Origin: a virus
Lineage: Duplodnaviria; Caudoviricetes
Length of the DNA: 64,000 nt
Reading direction: 5' to 3' (one strand)
Virus record (IMG/VR): IMGVR_UViG_2687453785_000009
Positions 26,472 to 36,873 of the stretch are shown here, one piece after another. The notes under the pieces were generated by a model, which ran no database searches, was not told where the DNA came from, and saw only the letters and a program-made list of their open reading frames with translations. Numbering within the stretch: position 1 is the stretch's first letter; each line of letters begins with the position of its first letter. A program made the position numbers and the translations under genes.

Positions 26472-28607
26472 ATGACAGGCAAGCCCACCGAGGTTATGAG
26501 CGATAGCGCGCTGGCGACTGCCAACTGGAATCGCTACGAGTACGCCAAGCGGCGCGGCCACGACACCTATTGCGCCACTGCCCGCAAGTGCGAGGACTTT
26601 TACCTGGGCGGCGGCCGTCAGTGGTCCGCGGAAGATCTTGAAGTGCTGGCCGAGGCCGGTCGCCCCGCGCTTGAGTTCAACCAGATCAAGCACAAGCTCA
26701 ACACGGCGATTGGGTACCAGATCCAAAATCGCATGGATATCAGCTTTCGCCCGCGCGGCCGAGGCGCTGACGAGGATCTAGCCAGCGTTCTATCGAAGGT
26801 CGCCATGCAGGTGGCCGACAACACCAAGTTGCACTGGCTTGAAACCCAGGTGTTCAGCGACGGCATGATCCAGCAGCGCGGCTACTTCGATCTGCGCATC
26901 AGCTACCGCGACTCGATGCTGGGCGAGATCACCATCGAAGATCTCGACCCGATGGACGTAATGCCTGATCCGGACGCCAAGAGCTACGACCCGGATAAGT
27001 GGCAGGACGTGACCGTTACGCGCTGGCTGACCTACGACGACATCGAAGAGCTGTACGGGACTGTTGCTCGCCAGAAAGCCGAAAGCGAGCAGTCTGACGA
27101 CGCTGATTTTGGCGACGACGAGGAAGAGGGCGAGGCCCGGTCAAAGTTCGGCGGCGACACCGGCGGCGTTGACCGCATGGACACCAGCACCATGACCGAC
27201 GGGACACGCCGCGTGCGAGTTATTGACCGTCAGTTCTGGCGCATGGAGAAAACCAAGGTCGCTATCAGCATGACGGGTGATATTCGGCCCGTTGGCCACT
27301 TGAAGGACGATCAGGTTGCAGCGCTTAAAGGCGTGGTTGTGGCTGATCGCCGCATTCGCCGCGTGCGCTGGCTGATCACTACGCGCTCAGCGGTACTGCA
27401 TGACGATTGGTCGCCGTTTGAGCACTTCACGGTGGTTCCGTTCTTTCCGTTTTTCCGCCGCGGGCAAACGGTTGGCCTGGTGGATGACGCTATTGGCCCG
27501 CAGGAACTGCTGAACAAGTCCATGAGCCAGTACCTGCACACAGTAAATACCAGTGCAAACAGCGGCTGGATCAGCTGGGCAAACACGATTGCCAACATGC
27601 GTGATGAGGATCTATCCGATCGCGGGGCCGAAACGGGCCTGCATATTGTGCTCAAGAAGGACACCCCGAACCACCAGGTGCCGCAAAAGATTCAGCCAAA
27701 CCAGGCGCCAACAGGTATTGATCGGATGATCGAGCGGGCTGGGGCCATGCTGTCCGAGGCTACCGGCGTGAATGACGCCATGAGTGGCGACCCGGGCAAG
27801 GAAGTCAGCGGCCTGGCCATTCAGGCCAAGCAGTTTGCCGCTCAGCAGGGGCTCGCAGTTCCACTGGATAACTTGGCGCGGACTCGCAACATGATGGGCT
27901 CGCGCATCCTGAAGCTGATCCAGTCCTTCTACGACACCCCGCGCATCATCCGCATCACCGACAAGGCGCCGAACGGCAAGCCGACCACGACTGAGCTGCA
28001 GGTGAACGTGCCGGACGAAACCGGCGGCGTGCTGAACGACCTGACGATTGGCGAGTATGACGTCGTTGTCGCTGAGGTGCCGATGCAGGTCACCTTCGAG
28101 AACGGTCAGTTTGAGCAGGCGCTGAACATGCGCGACAAGGGAGTTCGCATCCCTGACAAGTCGATAATCATGCACAGCAACCTGGCGGATAAGCACGACA
28201 TCCTTGAGCAGATGGAGGGCGAGGCGCCGCCGGTAGATCCAACGCTTGAGGCCAAGGCCAAGCTAATGGGCGCCCAGGCTGATCTGGCCGCCGCCAACGT
28301 GACCCGCATCCAAAATGAGGCTGTGAATCGCGCTGTTGAAGCGCAATTCAGCGCAATCCAGACCGCCGGCGCTATCGCGACAAACCCGCAAGTCAGCGGG
28401 CTTGGCGATGCCCTTCTGCGCTCGGCCGGGTATGTCGACCGCGACAGCTCGCCAATTATCCCGCAAGCGGCCGCAGCACTTCAGGCGGGCGGCGGGCTGG
28501 GTGACTTTCCGCAGAACACCAATCCATCGACCCCAGTGAACCCAGCAAATCCGGCGGTTGGGCTGAATGCTGGGATCGAAACCAAGCAATTCGAAGGAGC
28601 AGCGTAA
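26472..28607 (+). CDS. Portal protein (P22/N4-like)
   Basis: FY.GG.QW, GRPALEFNQI, DPDAKSYD, QELLNK, SGLAIQAKQ; follows terL. Confidence 0.9.
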   Translation: MTGKPTEVMSDSALATANWNRYEYAKRRGHDTYCATARKCEDFYLGGGRQWSAEDLEVLAEAGRPALEFNQIKHKLNTAIGYQIQNRMDISFRPRGRGADEDLASVLSKVAMQVADNTKLHWLETQVFSDGMIQQRGYFDLRISYRDSMLGEITIEDLDPMDVMPDPDAKSYDPDKWQDVTVTRWLTYDDIEELYGTVARQKAESEQSDDADFGDDEEEGEARSKFGGDTGGVDRMDTSTMTDGTRRVRVIDRQFWRMEKTKVAISMTGDIRPVGHLKDDQVAALKGVVVADRRIRRVRWLITTRSAVLHDDWSPFEHFTVVPFFPFFRRGQTVGLVDDAIGPQELLNKSMSQYLHTVNTSANSGWISWANTIANMRDEDLSDRGAETGLHIVLKKDTPNHQVPQKIQPNQAPTGIDRMIERAGAMLSEATGVNDAMSGDPGKEVSGLAIQAKQFAAQQGLAVPLDNLARTRNMMGSRILKLIQSFYDTPRIIRITDKAPNGKPTTTELQVNVPDETGGVLNDLTIGEYDVVVAEVPMQVTFENGQFEQALNMRDKGVRIPDKSIIMHSNLADKHDILEQMEGEAPPVDPTLEAKAKLMGAQADLAAANVTRIQNEAVNRAVEAQFSAIQTAGAIATNPQVSGLGDALLRSAGYVDRDSSPIIPQAAAALQAGGGLGDFPQNTNPSTPVNPANPAVGLNAGIETKQFEGAA

Positions 28608-28792
28608 TGGCAGCAGCAAAGAAGAAATCCACCTCGGTAGGCATATCCATTGATGACTCATGGCGCATCGAGGACGACCTGCGCTGCCTGCTTGAGGCCG
28701 CAAAGATCAAGCGCGATCCGAAGCGCATGGCCGCCGTACGCAAGTTGGCACAACAGAAAACCGCCGACATGCAGGCACTGAAGCAAATTTAA
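28607..28792 (+). CDS. Small hypothetical protein
   Basis: Coupled to portal gene. Confidence 0.7.
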   Translation: MAAAKKKSTSVGISIDDSWRIEDDLRCLLEAAKIKRDPKRMAAVRKLAQQKTADMQALKQI

Positions 28793-28809
28793 CCACCAAG
28801 GGGCAATCC

Positions 28810-29880
28810 ATGAACCGTACCACTCTGGCACTGGCTATCGCTGCAGCATCCGGCGTGCTCAACATGAGCGACGACATCGACCCTGAGCTGCTTTACCAGG
28901 GCATTGAGGAAGAGGAAGAGGAAGAAGAAGAGGACGACGACGAGGATGGCGATGACCTTGAACTCGATGATGACGGTGACGCGGATGATCGTGGTGACAA
29001 CCTTGATCCAGACCTGCCGGCCGATGATGACCTCGACGAAGATGATGACGAAGAGGAAGAGGGCGACGAAGAGGAAGAGTCTGCCCTGAGCGATGAGGAC
29101 GCAGCTTTGCTCGCTGAGCTGGCCGGCGATCCGAAGAAGTCCGGCATGGTCCCGCACTCTCGCTTCAATGAAGTGAACAACGCTCTTAAAAGCGAGCGCG
29201 CAGAGCGTCTTCGCCTTGAAGAAGAGTTGGCGCGTAGCCGTGGACAAGCCAAGCCTGCGGAAGAAGTGAAGCCGGAGCCGGCGCCAGCCGCGTTCGACTT
29301 CGATGATGCCGAAGACCGTTATGCAGAGGCGCTGCTGGAAGGCGACAAGGCGCTCGCTAAGGCGATTCGTACCGAGATCCGCACCGAAGAGCGCAAACAG
29401 TACGTCATCGAAGCCCAGCAAACCGTGCGCGAGCAGACACAGCAAGAGCGCGACGAGGCGGCTGCGGCCCAGCAGAAGGCTGATATTGGCGCAGCGGTGA
29501 ATGCGGCCTATGCCAAGTATCCAGTCTTGGACCCGTCCAATAACGCGCACGACTCCGAGGCGCTACTGGATGTGGTAGCGCACCGCGACTTGCTCATCAG
29601 CAGAGGCATCCCGCCAGCAAAAGCAATCGCCCAGGCGGTCGAGCGGATCGGTTCTCGTCTTGAACCTGCGACCAAGCCTAAGCCTGGAAAGCTGGAAATG
29701 ACCCGCGATCAGCTGGATCGTAATTTGGATCGTGAGAAGCAGATTCCGGCGCGGACTGGTGGAATCGGCGAGCGGAGCAAAGCGATCGACTACGCCAGCC
29801 TGACCGATGATGAATACGACAAGCTGAGCGATGACGAGCGGCGCGCGGCCCGCGGCGACTTTGTGTCGAAAAAGAATTGA
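28810..29880 (+). CDS. Putative scaffolding protein with very acidic N-terminus
   Basis: Between portal and capsid; VPHSRFNEV motif; coiled coil. Confidence 0.75.
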   Translation: MNRTTLALAIAAASGVLNMSDDIDPELLYQGIEEEEEEEEEDDDEDGDDLELDDDGDADDRGDNLDPDLPADDDLDEDDDEEEEGDEEEESALSDEDAALLAELAGDPKKSGMVPHSRFNEVNNALKSERAERLRLEEELARSRGQAKPAEEVKPEPAPAAFDFDDAEDRYAEALLEGDKALAKAIRTEIRTEERKQYVIEAQQTVREQTQQERDEAAAAQQKADIGAAVNAAYAKYPVLDPSNNAHDSEALLDVVAHRDLLISRGIPPAKAIAQAVERIGSRLEPATKPKPGKLEMTRDQLDRNLDREKQIPARTGGIGERSKAIDYASLTDDEYDKLSDDERRAARGDFVSKKN

Positions 29881-29905
29881 CCGTTAAAAAGCAGTGACAT
29901 AACCA
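29877..29905 (+). promoter_or_regulatory. Late promoter motif copy 5
   Basis: TTGA-N12-AGTGACATAACCA ahead of the capsid leader. Confidence 0.55.
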
Positions 29906-30145
29906 GTGAATCTCCAGCGATGCCCCGGCCTGTACGGCGGGGCTCAATGGGCCAAGCAGTACCGCAGCAAACGCACCACCAGCAGCCTTGCGCTGCTCGC
30001 TCGCCGAGTCACGGCGCACCTCGCCAGCAGGGCGTAAAGCTGATCGCAGTACGGGTTCCTGGCTCCCCAAAAGCCTGTTTCCGCACGGGTAGGCGCACGA
30101 CCCACAACACGAACGACTTATTTCCGACGATTAGGAGAGCCAATC

Positions 30146-31249
30146 ATGGCCGCTACTAACTTTGCTCGCCTGAACAGCAAGCAGAAAATCGTCTGGTCGC
30201 GCGATGTGTGGAAGGCCGCACGCGATCAGATGTTTGTGAAAAAATTCCTGGGTAATGGCGCAACCGCCATGATCCAGCGCATCACTGAGCTGACCAAGGA
30301 TGAGCGCGGCGAGAAGGTGCTGATGCAGCTCGTTGCCGATCTGGTCGAAGACGGCGTGGTGGGCGACGACGAGCGCGAAGGTAACGAAGAAGAGCTGCAG
30401 AACTTCGAAATCGAGCTGAACATCGACCTGATTTCTCACCAGGTCCGCAACAAGGGCAAGATGTCCGACCAAAAGTCGGTGATCAATTTCCGCGAAACGG
30501 CCCGCGATCGCCTGGCTCACTGGCTCGCAAACCGTATCGACCAGCTTGTTTTCCTGACGCTCTCCGGCATTTCGTATGCCTTCCAGTGCAACGGGAAACC
30601 CCGTGTTGGGTCGCCGTTCCCATCGCTGTCCTTCGCCGCCGACGTGACTGCCCCCTCGTCCAAGCGCGGGATGATGTGGAACGGCACCAACCTCGTCACC
30701 TCCAACACCGCAACCATCACCAGCTCGTTCACTGCGAGCTACAAGATGATCGTTGACGCTGTTGCCTACGCCAAGGACCACTACATCAAGCCACTGATGA
30801 ACGGTGGCAAAGAGTATTACGTCCTGCTGGTTAAGCCCGGCACCCTGGCCCAGCTGAAGAAGGATGCTGACTATCAGCGCGCCATCGTCAACCTGGCGCT
30901 GAAGGATGGCGCGAACAGCCCGTTCTTCACCGGCGGCACCGTCACCATCGACGGCGCAATCATCCATGAGCACCGCCTGGTGTACAGCACTACTGGCGCC
31001 GCATCCGGCTCTAAGTGGGGCGCTGGCGGCCTGGTGGATGGCACTCGCACCCTGCTGTGTGGTGCTCAAGCCCTCGGCTTCGCTGAAATCGGCACCGGTG
31101 ACTGGGTAGAGAAACGCTTCCAGTACGACAGCCGTGTGGGTATCTCGGTCGACAAGATGTTCGGTTTGCTCAAGCCGAAGTTCTACTCGATCTACGACGA
31201 ATCGATCGAAGACTTTGGCGTTCTCGCCATCGACCACTTCCTCGGCTAA
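30146..31249 (+). CDS. Major capsid protein (N4-gp56/DUF4043-like)
   Basis: IQRITELTK, LVADL..DGV.GD..REGNEE, LLCGAQALG; strong codon bias. Confidence 0.9.
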   Translation: MAATNFARLNSKQKIVWSRDVWKAARDQMFVKKFLGNGATAMIQRITELTKDERGEKVLMQLVADLVEDGVVGDDEREGNEEELQNFEIELNIDLISHQVRNKGKMSDQKSVINFRETARDRLAHWLANRIDQLVFLTLSGISYAFQCNGKPRVGSPFPSLSFAADVTAPSSKRGMMWNGTNLVTSNTATITSSFTASYKMIVDAVAYAKDHYIKPLMNGGKEYYVLLVKPGTLAQLKKDADYQRAIVNLALKDGANSPFFTGGTVTIDGAIIHEHRLVYSTTGAASGSKWGAGGLVDGTRTLLCGAQALGFAEIGTGDWVEKRFQYDSRVGISVDKMFGLLKPKFYSIYDESIEDFGVLAIDHFLG

Positions 31250-31298
31250 CGGCCCTGGCTAGCGGCTTCGGTCGCTAGCTCCAGCCCAAGGAGCATTT

Positions 31299-31691
31299 AT
31301 GCCTATCAAGAAAAACGCCAACCGCCAGCCTCCGCTGCTGGCCTACGTCGATATCAACCTGGCCGACATCGTGAGCGGTGTAGCGCAGGGTGCCATCGAG
31401 CTGCCGGCCGGCGCCACCATCATCGGCGGCAGTGTAGAGCCGATCGTCAGCTTCAACGCCGCCACCTCCGCGTCGATCGCGGTAGGCGATGCCGCAGTGG
31501 CTAACCGCTATCTCGCTGCCGGTGACGTGAAGGCGATGTCTCTGGTTCCGCTGGTTCCGACCGGCTTCACCACCACCGCGAAGGGTGACGTGACCGTGAC
31601 TGTAACTCTGGTCGGTGCCACCACCACCGGAAAGCTGCGCCTGTGCGTGCAGTACTTCAAAGACGGCCGCGAGCTTTCGAGCCAAGGCTAA
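31299..31691 (+). CDS. Capsid decoration/cement-like protein
   Basis: ELPAGATIIGG...FNAAT; follows capsid gene. Confidence 0.65.
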   Translation: MPIKKNANRQPPLLAYVDINLADIVSGVAQGAIELPAGATIIGGSVEPIVSFNAATSASIAVGDAAVANRYLAAGDVKAMSLVPLVPTGFTTTAKGDVTVTVTLVGATTTGKLRLCVQYFKDGRELSSQG

Positions 31692-31749
31692 AACCGCCAG
31701 GGCCGGGGAGATCCGGCCCTGACACCTCCATTGCAAAAGGGGCGACACC

Positions 31750-32157
31750 ATGAGCAATAACCCACGTTTCCTGCCACCTGAAGGCCGCATGAGCATTCAG
31801 CTGGCAAATACCGACGGCCACTCGTTTGTGATCGATGCGATCAACCCAGACGACGGCAAGCCAGGCACCGAGGTGCCGCTGCGCTTTCGCAAAATGGCAA
31901 TCGCTGAAGGCTGCGGCATTGTTGGCATCGATACCGGTGACGGTCAGGACAACACCAGCGACACCGAAAAGACCGACCTCATCATCAAGGCTATCGCTGC
32001 AGTGATGGAGCGCCAGGCGCCAGAAGAGCTAAATGGCGACGGCCGCCCGACTATTGCAGCGTTGAAGAAGCAAGCCGGCTTCGGTGTCAACAAGGGCCAA
32101 TTTGAAGCTGCATGGCCTTTGTACGTTGAAAGCTTGGACGACGACCAGGACGAATAA
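31750..32157 (+). CDS. Hypothetical virion-region protein
   Basis: ORF with RBS. Confidence 0.7.
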   Translation: MSNNPRFLPPEGRMSIQLANTDGHSFVIDAINPDDGKPGTEVPLRFRKMAIAEGCGIVGIDTGDGQDNTSDTEKTDLIIKAIAAVMERQAPEELNGDGRPTIAALKKQAGFGVNKGQFEAAWPLYVESLDDDQDE

Positions 32158-32159
32158 TC

Positions 32160-32822
32160 ATGGCCGCCGAGACTGTCAGCGATCTGATCAAGAACTTCCG
32201 CGACGATGAGAAGGATGCAGTCGAGCCGTATTTCTGGAGCGATTCGCAGCTGGTGCGGTTTTTCAATCAGGCGCTGACAGCCTTTGCTGAAAAGACACGG
32301 ATCGTCATCGATGACAGCAGCGATATAACTGCTGTCGACTTTTCTGCAGGTCAGGCCTTGCTTGACCTGGCGCCTCAGATCATCGACGTGATCGAGGCTG
32401 TGGCGCTGATCAATGGCCGCCCCGAGAAGCTGGATATCATGCCGCCCGGTAGCGTATCCCGCGCACAGTCCAGTACCGGCATGCGCCCGCGCATGGTCGT
32501 GCTCAGCGAGACTGCAAACACAATGCGCCTGCACCCAGTGCCTTCTATTGCCGGCCAGGTGCTGCTCACTGTCGTGCGCAGACCATTGAAGGAGCTGGCC
32601 AAGACTGACCGCATTGCCGATGTGCCCGCGCATAATCGCCATGCCCTGCTGCTGGGCATCAAGCACTATGCCTATCGGGTTGCTGACGCTGAGCTGTTCG
32701 ACCCGGCCAAGGCAGTCAACTTTGGCGATGAGTTTGATCGCGAGTGTCAGTCCATATATGAGGCGGCTCTTCTGCGGCGTGCCGGCGCATCGCGCGCCAC
32801 TCGGTTCAGGTGGCTTTCATGA
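32160..32822 (+). CDS. Head-tail adaptor-like protein
   Basis: YFWSDSQLVRFFNQA motif; position. Confidence 0.7.
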   Translation: MAAETVSDLIKNFRDDEKDAVEPYFWSDSQLVRFFNQALTAFAEKTRIVIDDSSDITAVDFSAGQALLDLAPQIIDVIEAVALINGRPEKLDIMPPGSVSRAQSSTGMRPRMVVLSETANTMRLHPVPSIAGQVLLTVVRRPLKELAKTDRIADVPAHNRHALLLGIKHYAYRVADAELFDPAKAVNFGDEFDRECQSIYEAALLRRAGASRATRFRWLS

Positions 32823-33997
32823 AAGAAGCCCGCACTGACAACTGGGCAAAGGGCGCCAACAACTTGGCTAGGCCAGAGCGCTTGCCTGAAGGCTTTGTGC
32901 GCAGCCTGACCAATCTCGACCCGGCTGCAGGCGGTCAACTTGATCTGCGTGCCGGCTACGAGCGGGTTGCAATCGGCAATGTGCGCCTAGCTGTCGCTAT
33001 GACCGAGCAGGTGATCTATGTCGCAGGCGCTGTGATTGGCTGTCACTCGATCAACACAAATTCGGCGCGCGCCATTGGCAGCGTGTCGCCTAATGGCGAG
33101 ATCGCGGGTGTCGAGCTAAACGGGGAAGTGTTCATTGCCTCGGTTGCCGACAGCCTGCGCACCAATGGTGAGTGGGTTAAGCCGTGGGCCGTTCCTGAGC
33201 CTGCCATGCGTGTGGAGGTTATAGACGGCGCACTGCCAGCGGGTATTTACAAGATAGCGGTAACGGCGCTGGGCGCGGACGGCGAAGAGTCAGGCGCAGA
33301 TCCTCTGATTGTGCGCCTGGTGGAAGGTAAGGCGCTGCGCGTCACCTCGACTGATCCGCGAGCGCTGCGCCTGTATGTGTCGAAAGAAAACGGGGCCACG
33401 CTCTACAGCCAGGGGCCGCTGATAGCCGGCGCCATGGCCGTCACCCGCGTTGCTGATGACGCTGAGCGGCTGACCACTGGCGGCCTGGTTCCGCTGCCAG
33501 CGTGCTCCATGCTGGCGGTGTACAAAGGCGTGATTCTCGGCGTGTACGACACCTTTGTGCTGATGACCGCGCCCATGCTGCCGCACTTGTTTGATCCAGT
33601 TAGCGGCTTCTTTCAATTCCCGGTAGCGCCCAGCCTGATCGCCCCAACCGATGGCGGCGTGTATGTCGCTGCCGGCGACAAAACCTATTTTCTCACCCTG
33701 CTGGAAACGGCCACACCCTCGATGCGCGTAGTGCTTGAGGTCGGCGCCGTACAGGGATCTGCCGTGAAGCTGCCTGACGGCAGCGCTGCATGGTTCACCC
33801 GTTACGGCTTGGCCATTGGCGGGGCGGGCGGCGAAATCAGCCTGCCCAACCGGCAAACCTATGCTCCCGATCTTGCCGCTCGCGGCGCGTCTGGCGTGCT
33901 TGAGCACCGCGGTAACTCGATGGTCATTACCACCATGCGAGGGGCAGTCACCGCGAACAACCTAGCGACCGGCGACTTTGCCGAATTGGAGACTTGA
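32819..33997 (+). CDS. Tail nozzle/tubular-like protein
   Basis: W.KGANN..., NLD.....LRAGY; position. Confidence 0.6.
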   Translation: MKEARTDNWAKGANNLARPERLPEGFVRSLTNLDPAAGGQLDLRAGYERVAIGNVRLAVAMTEQVIYVAGAVIGCHSINTNSARAIGSVSPNGEIAGVELNGEVFIASVADSLRTNGEWVKPWAVPEPAMRVEVIDGALPAGIYKIAVTALGADGEESGADPLIVRLVEGKALRVTSTDPRALRLYVSKENGATLYSQGPLIAGAMAVTRVADDAERLTTGGLVPLPACSMLAVYKGVILGVYDTFVLMTAPMLPHLFDPVSGFFQFPVAPSLIAPTDGGVYVAAGDKTYFLTLLETATPSMRVVLEVGAVQGSAVKLPDGSAAWFTRYGLAIGGAGGEISLPNRQTYAPDLAARGASGVLEHRGNSMVITTMRGAVTANNLATGDFAELET

Positions 33998-33998
33998 T

Positions 33999-34517
33999 AT
34001 GCAGAAAGAAGGCTTGAAGGTTCTTGGCTTTCGCCACGAACTGCAGATTTTTGATATTGCCACGGGCGAACTCATCGAGAACGAAGTTAAGTTCAACCGC
34101 ATCCCTCAGGCTGGTCTGGATTTTCTGATTCAGTCACCGTTTGGCCTGGTCGCGGCAGTTCCCAACTTCTATTGCGCGCTGTTCAGCGAAAACTTCTTGG
34201 CTGACGCCAACACCAGCGCCGCCGATCTTCCGGGCGCAATGGGTGAGTTCACCGCCTACAGCGAAGCTACCCGCCCAGCATGGGTGCATACCTACAACGG
34301 CGCCGGGACCATCGATAACTTTGCCAGCAAGGCGATCTTTACGCCTACCGCAGATGGTGTGGCCTACGGCTCAGTGATCGTCGCTAACCCAACCAAGGGC
34401 GCTAACTCCGGCCTGCTGCTCTCGGTGGCGCGCTATTCAACCGTCAAACCGCTTTCTGTCGGCATGGAGGCCAAGCTTCTGTGCGGCATCACCTACATTC
34501 CGGCCAACGTACTTTAG
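33999..34517 (+). CDS. Virion structural protein
   Basis: EFTAYSEATRPAW motif; tail region. Confidence 0.65.
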   Translation: MQKEGLKVLGFRHELQIFDIATGELIENEVKFNRIPQAGLDFLIQSPFGLVAAVPNFYCALFSENFLADANTSAADLPGAMGEFTAYSEATRPAWVHTYNGAGTIDNFASKAIFTPTADGVAYGSVIVANPTKGANSGLLLSVARYSTVKPLSVGMEAKLLCGITYIPANVL

Positions 34518-34526
34518 GGAGTCACC

Positions 34527-34967
34527 ATGATTAAGCTCAGCACCAAACTGCGTGAAGACATTGCTATCGGCGGCTCTTTGAAGTCATTGCTTGATGGCGG
34601 CCTGGTTAAGATCTACTCGGGCGCTGTTCCGGCCTCTGCCGATGCCGATCTGGGCGCTGCCGTTCTGCTGAACACGATCAGCGCGGGGGGCGCTGGAACG
34701 CCTGTTACTTTCAACGCCGCTGCACCAGGCGGCGTGTTGTCCAAAACCACCGCCGAGAACTGGACCGGCAACAATGTGGCGGGCGGCACGCCGACCTTCT
34801 TCCGCTATGCCCTGGCCGCCGATGATGGCTCGGCCAGCGTTACCGCACGCCGCATTCAAGGTACGGCTGGCGCCCTTGGCAGCGATATGTTCATTGGTAC
34901 GCTGCCGATGGTGCAGGGCGCGCCGCAGTCGTTCCAGCTCTTTCAGCTTGCAGTGCCTGAGCAATAA
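34527..34967 (+). CDS. Virion structural protein
   Basis: IYSGAVPASAD, TPTFFR motifs. Confidence 0.7.
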   Translation: MIKLSTKLREDIAIGGSLKSLLDGGLVKIYSGAVPASADADLGAAVLLNTISAGGAGTPVTFNAAAPGGVLSKTTAENWTGNNVAGGTPTFFRYALAADDGSASVTARRIQGTAGALGSDMFIGTLPMVQGAPQSFQLFQLAVPEQ

Positions 34968-34970
34968 CCA

Positions 34971-36872
34971 ATGCCCAATCGCCTAGACAAGCCACAAAAG
35001 CTGGTCTACGTCGCTGCCGTTCCTGCAATACAGGCGCGGGCGGGATATTGCGTCACCGCGCCCGTGACACAAAGTTATGGTGGCGCTGGCGCTAGCGTTC
35101 AGCCAACCACGACGATGACCTACAGCTATGTCGTTTCAGACTCGCTGGCCGGGCCTGGGCCCGGTGGCGGCAGTTGGCTGGCGAACCGCCCAAGCGGACA
35201 ATCAAGCTACAAAATTGCTGGGTATCAAGGTGATGGGTACAGCGCCTACAGACCCGCCCAGGTGCCGGTAAAGACGTGCTATCCAACAATTGTCGGGCAA
35301 GCTGGATCGCCTGCGCGCACAAATGCTTTTGATAACTTTGGCTGGAATGCTGGGGCCCGATCGGTAGAGCCGATTCCAGAGTCGGGGTTTATCGCCGCCA
35401 CAATGCCGCCATCACCGATCGGCGTACAGCTTGGCCTGACCGGTCCATCGCCGGCGTACTACTACGGCGAAATGGCGCACAGCCTGGTGGTGCGGCACGA
35501 TGAATTGACGGTGGTTGAGCGCGGCAACGTGGTCGCCGGGCCGTTTACGGTGCCGCCTTCGGTTGCTGTAAAAGTACAGCGCACAGCCGGCGTGGTGAGC
35601 TATTGGGCTAACGGCATAGTGCTCTACACGTCGGAGCAGGCATCTGCAGGCGAGGCTTACGGCGGCGCAATGCTATTCAGCACCATCGACTACGTTGATT
35701 CACCATCGATAGGCGAGGTCACGATTCCGCTTAGTTTTTCCGGTCTGATCCCGGCCTTTGCCAGCGCCATCTCTGAAAGCACCTATGACTTCGCGCTAGC
35801 CGAATTGCCCGCGCTACGCCTCACGGCCGTGCTTGATGAGGTGCAAGGGGTAAGCAATTTCTCGGTAGAGCTTCCAGGCTTGATACTGGCTGTCAGCGAA
35901 TCGGCCGCCGTGTCATGGGTGCGCGGCAGTCTGCCGGCGCTCAGCGTGCAGGCCGAACTGGTTAATGCCGAGACTACCCCCGACAGTTTTATTGGCCTTA
36001 CCGCGCCACTGACGCTAACCGCCAGCCTGCGCGATGGCGGCTCGATCTACTTTGCCGGTGACATTAGCCTCGCGCTTGCCGTGTCAGAGACTAGCAGTAT
36101 CGTCAAAGTTGACGCGCTGCTGCCTATCCGCATGGGGCTGGCAGTCGTTGAGCCTTACTTGCCCGCCGACACAGCGGACGGCAGCGATGCCAGCATTCTT
36201 GCCGACTGGAGCAGCATAGAAACGGCGCTGTTGCTGATCGCAATGGAGTCTTTGGACGTAAGCGGCCAGGCCAGCATTGTTATGGTGCTGGAACTGGCCG
36301 GCATGGACAGCCTTGGCGTTGGCGAGCACGCCAGCTTCGGCTCTATCGTAGAGCTGCTGGCGATGGAGCAAGTGGCGGTAATGAGCCATGCGTCGTCGGC
36401 CCGGCAGCAGGCGCTGCAATACGCGGTTAATTACATGACCGGGGCGCTCACCAGCTACCAGGACTTTGATTTTGCCGGGTTTACCCATAGCGGGGGCCGC
36501 GCTTTTGCGTGGAATGCCAACGGCCTGTATCGCCTCGGCGCCGATCGAGACAATGGCGAGGTGATCAATGCGCTGGTTGATTTTGGCGCAACGGACTACG
36601 GCGATTCGCATGTTAAACGCGCCGAAACCGCCTTTGTCGGCGTGCGTACCGATGGCGAGTGCTATGTACGGCTGACCGCCGACGATGACATTGAGCGCGT
36701 TTACCGCCTGATTGGTGGCGGAAATCAGAAGCGTTCCTTGCTCGCCAAGGGCGTATCCAGCCGGTACTGGAATGTTCGACTTGAGCTTACCTCTGCCTCT
36801 TTCGCAACCCTTGATAGCGTTGAGCTGGAGGTTGGGGTGACTCAGCGCCGCAGCTTCAATCGCCGGAGCTGA
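34971..36872 (+). CDS. Tail structural protein
   Basis: 633-aa ORF in tail operon. Confidence 0.7.
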   Translation: MPNRLDKPQKLVYVAAVPAIQARAGYCVTAPVTQSYGGAGASVQPTTTMTYSYVVSDSLAGPGPGGGSWLANRPSGQSSYKIAGYQGDGYSAYRPAQVPVKTCYPTIVGQAGSPARTNAFDNFGWNAGARSVEPIPESGFIAATMPPSPIGVQLGLTGPSPAYYYGEMAHSLVVRHDELTVVERGNVVAGPFTVPPSVAVKVQRTAGVVSYWANGIVLYTSEQASAGEAYGGAMLFSTIDYVDSPSIGEVTIPLSFSGLIPAFASAISESTYDFALAELPALRLTAVLDEVQGVSNFSVELPGLILAVSESAAVSWVRGSLPALSVQAELVNAETTPDSFIGLTAPLTLTASLRDGGSIYFAGDISLALAVSETSSIVKVDALLPIRMGLAVVEPYLPADTADGSDASILADWSSIETALLLIAMESLDVSGQASIVMVLELAGMDSLGVGEHASFGSIVELLAMEQVAVMSHASSARQQALQYAVNYMTGALTSYQDFDFAGFTHSGGRAFAWNANGLYRLGADRDNGEVINALVDFGATDYGDSHVKRAETAFVGVRTDGECYVRLTADDDIERVYRLIGGGNQKRSLLAKGVSSRYWNVRLELTSASFATLDSVELEVGVTQRRSFNRRS

Positions 36873-36873
36873 C

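Noticed and set aside
28905-29080. GAA/GAC microsatellite
   Set aside because: Mixed codons encoding an acidic protein tract, not a pure DNA repeat
30131-31237. Long antisense ORFs (also 1935..2894, 4335..5378, 21807..22763, 36084..36980, 48136..49002)
   Set aside because: Shadows of high-GC genes on the opposite strand; no motifs or RBS
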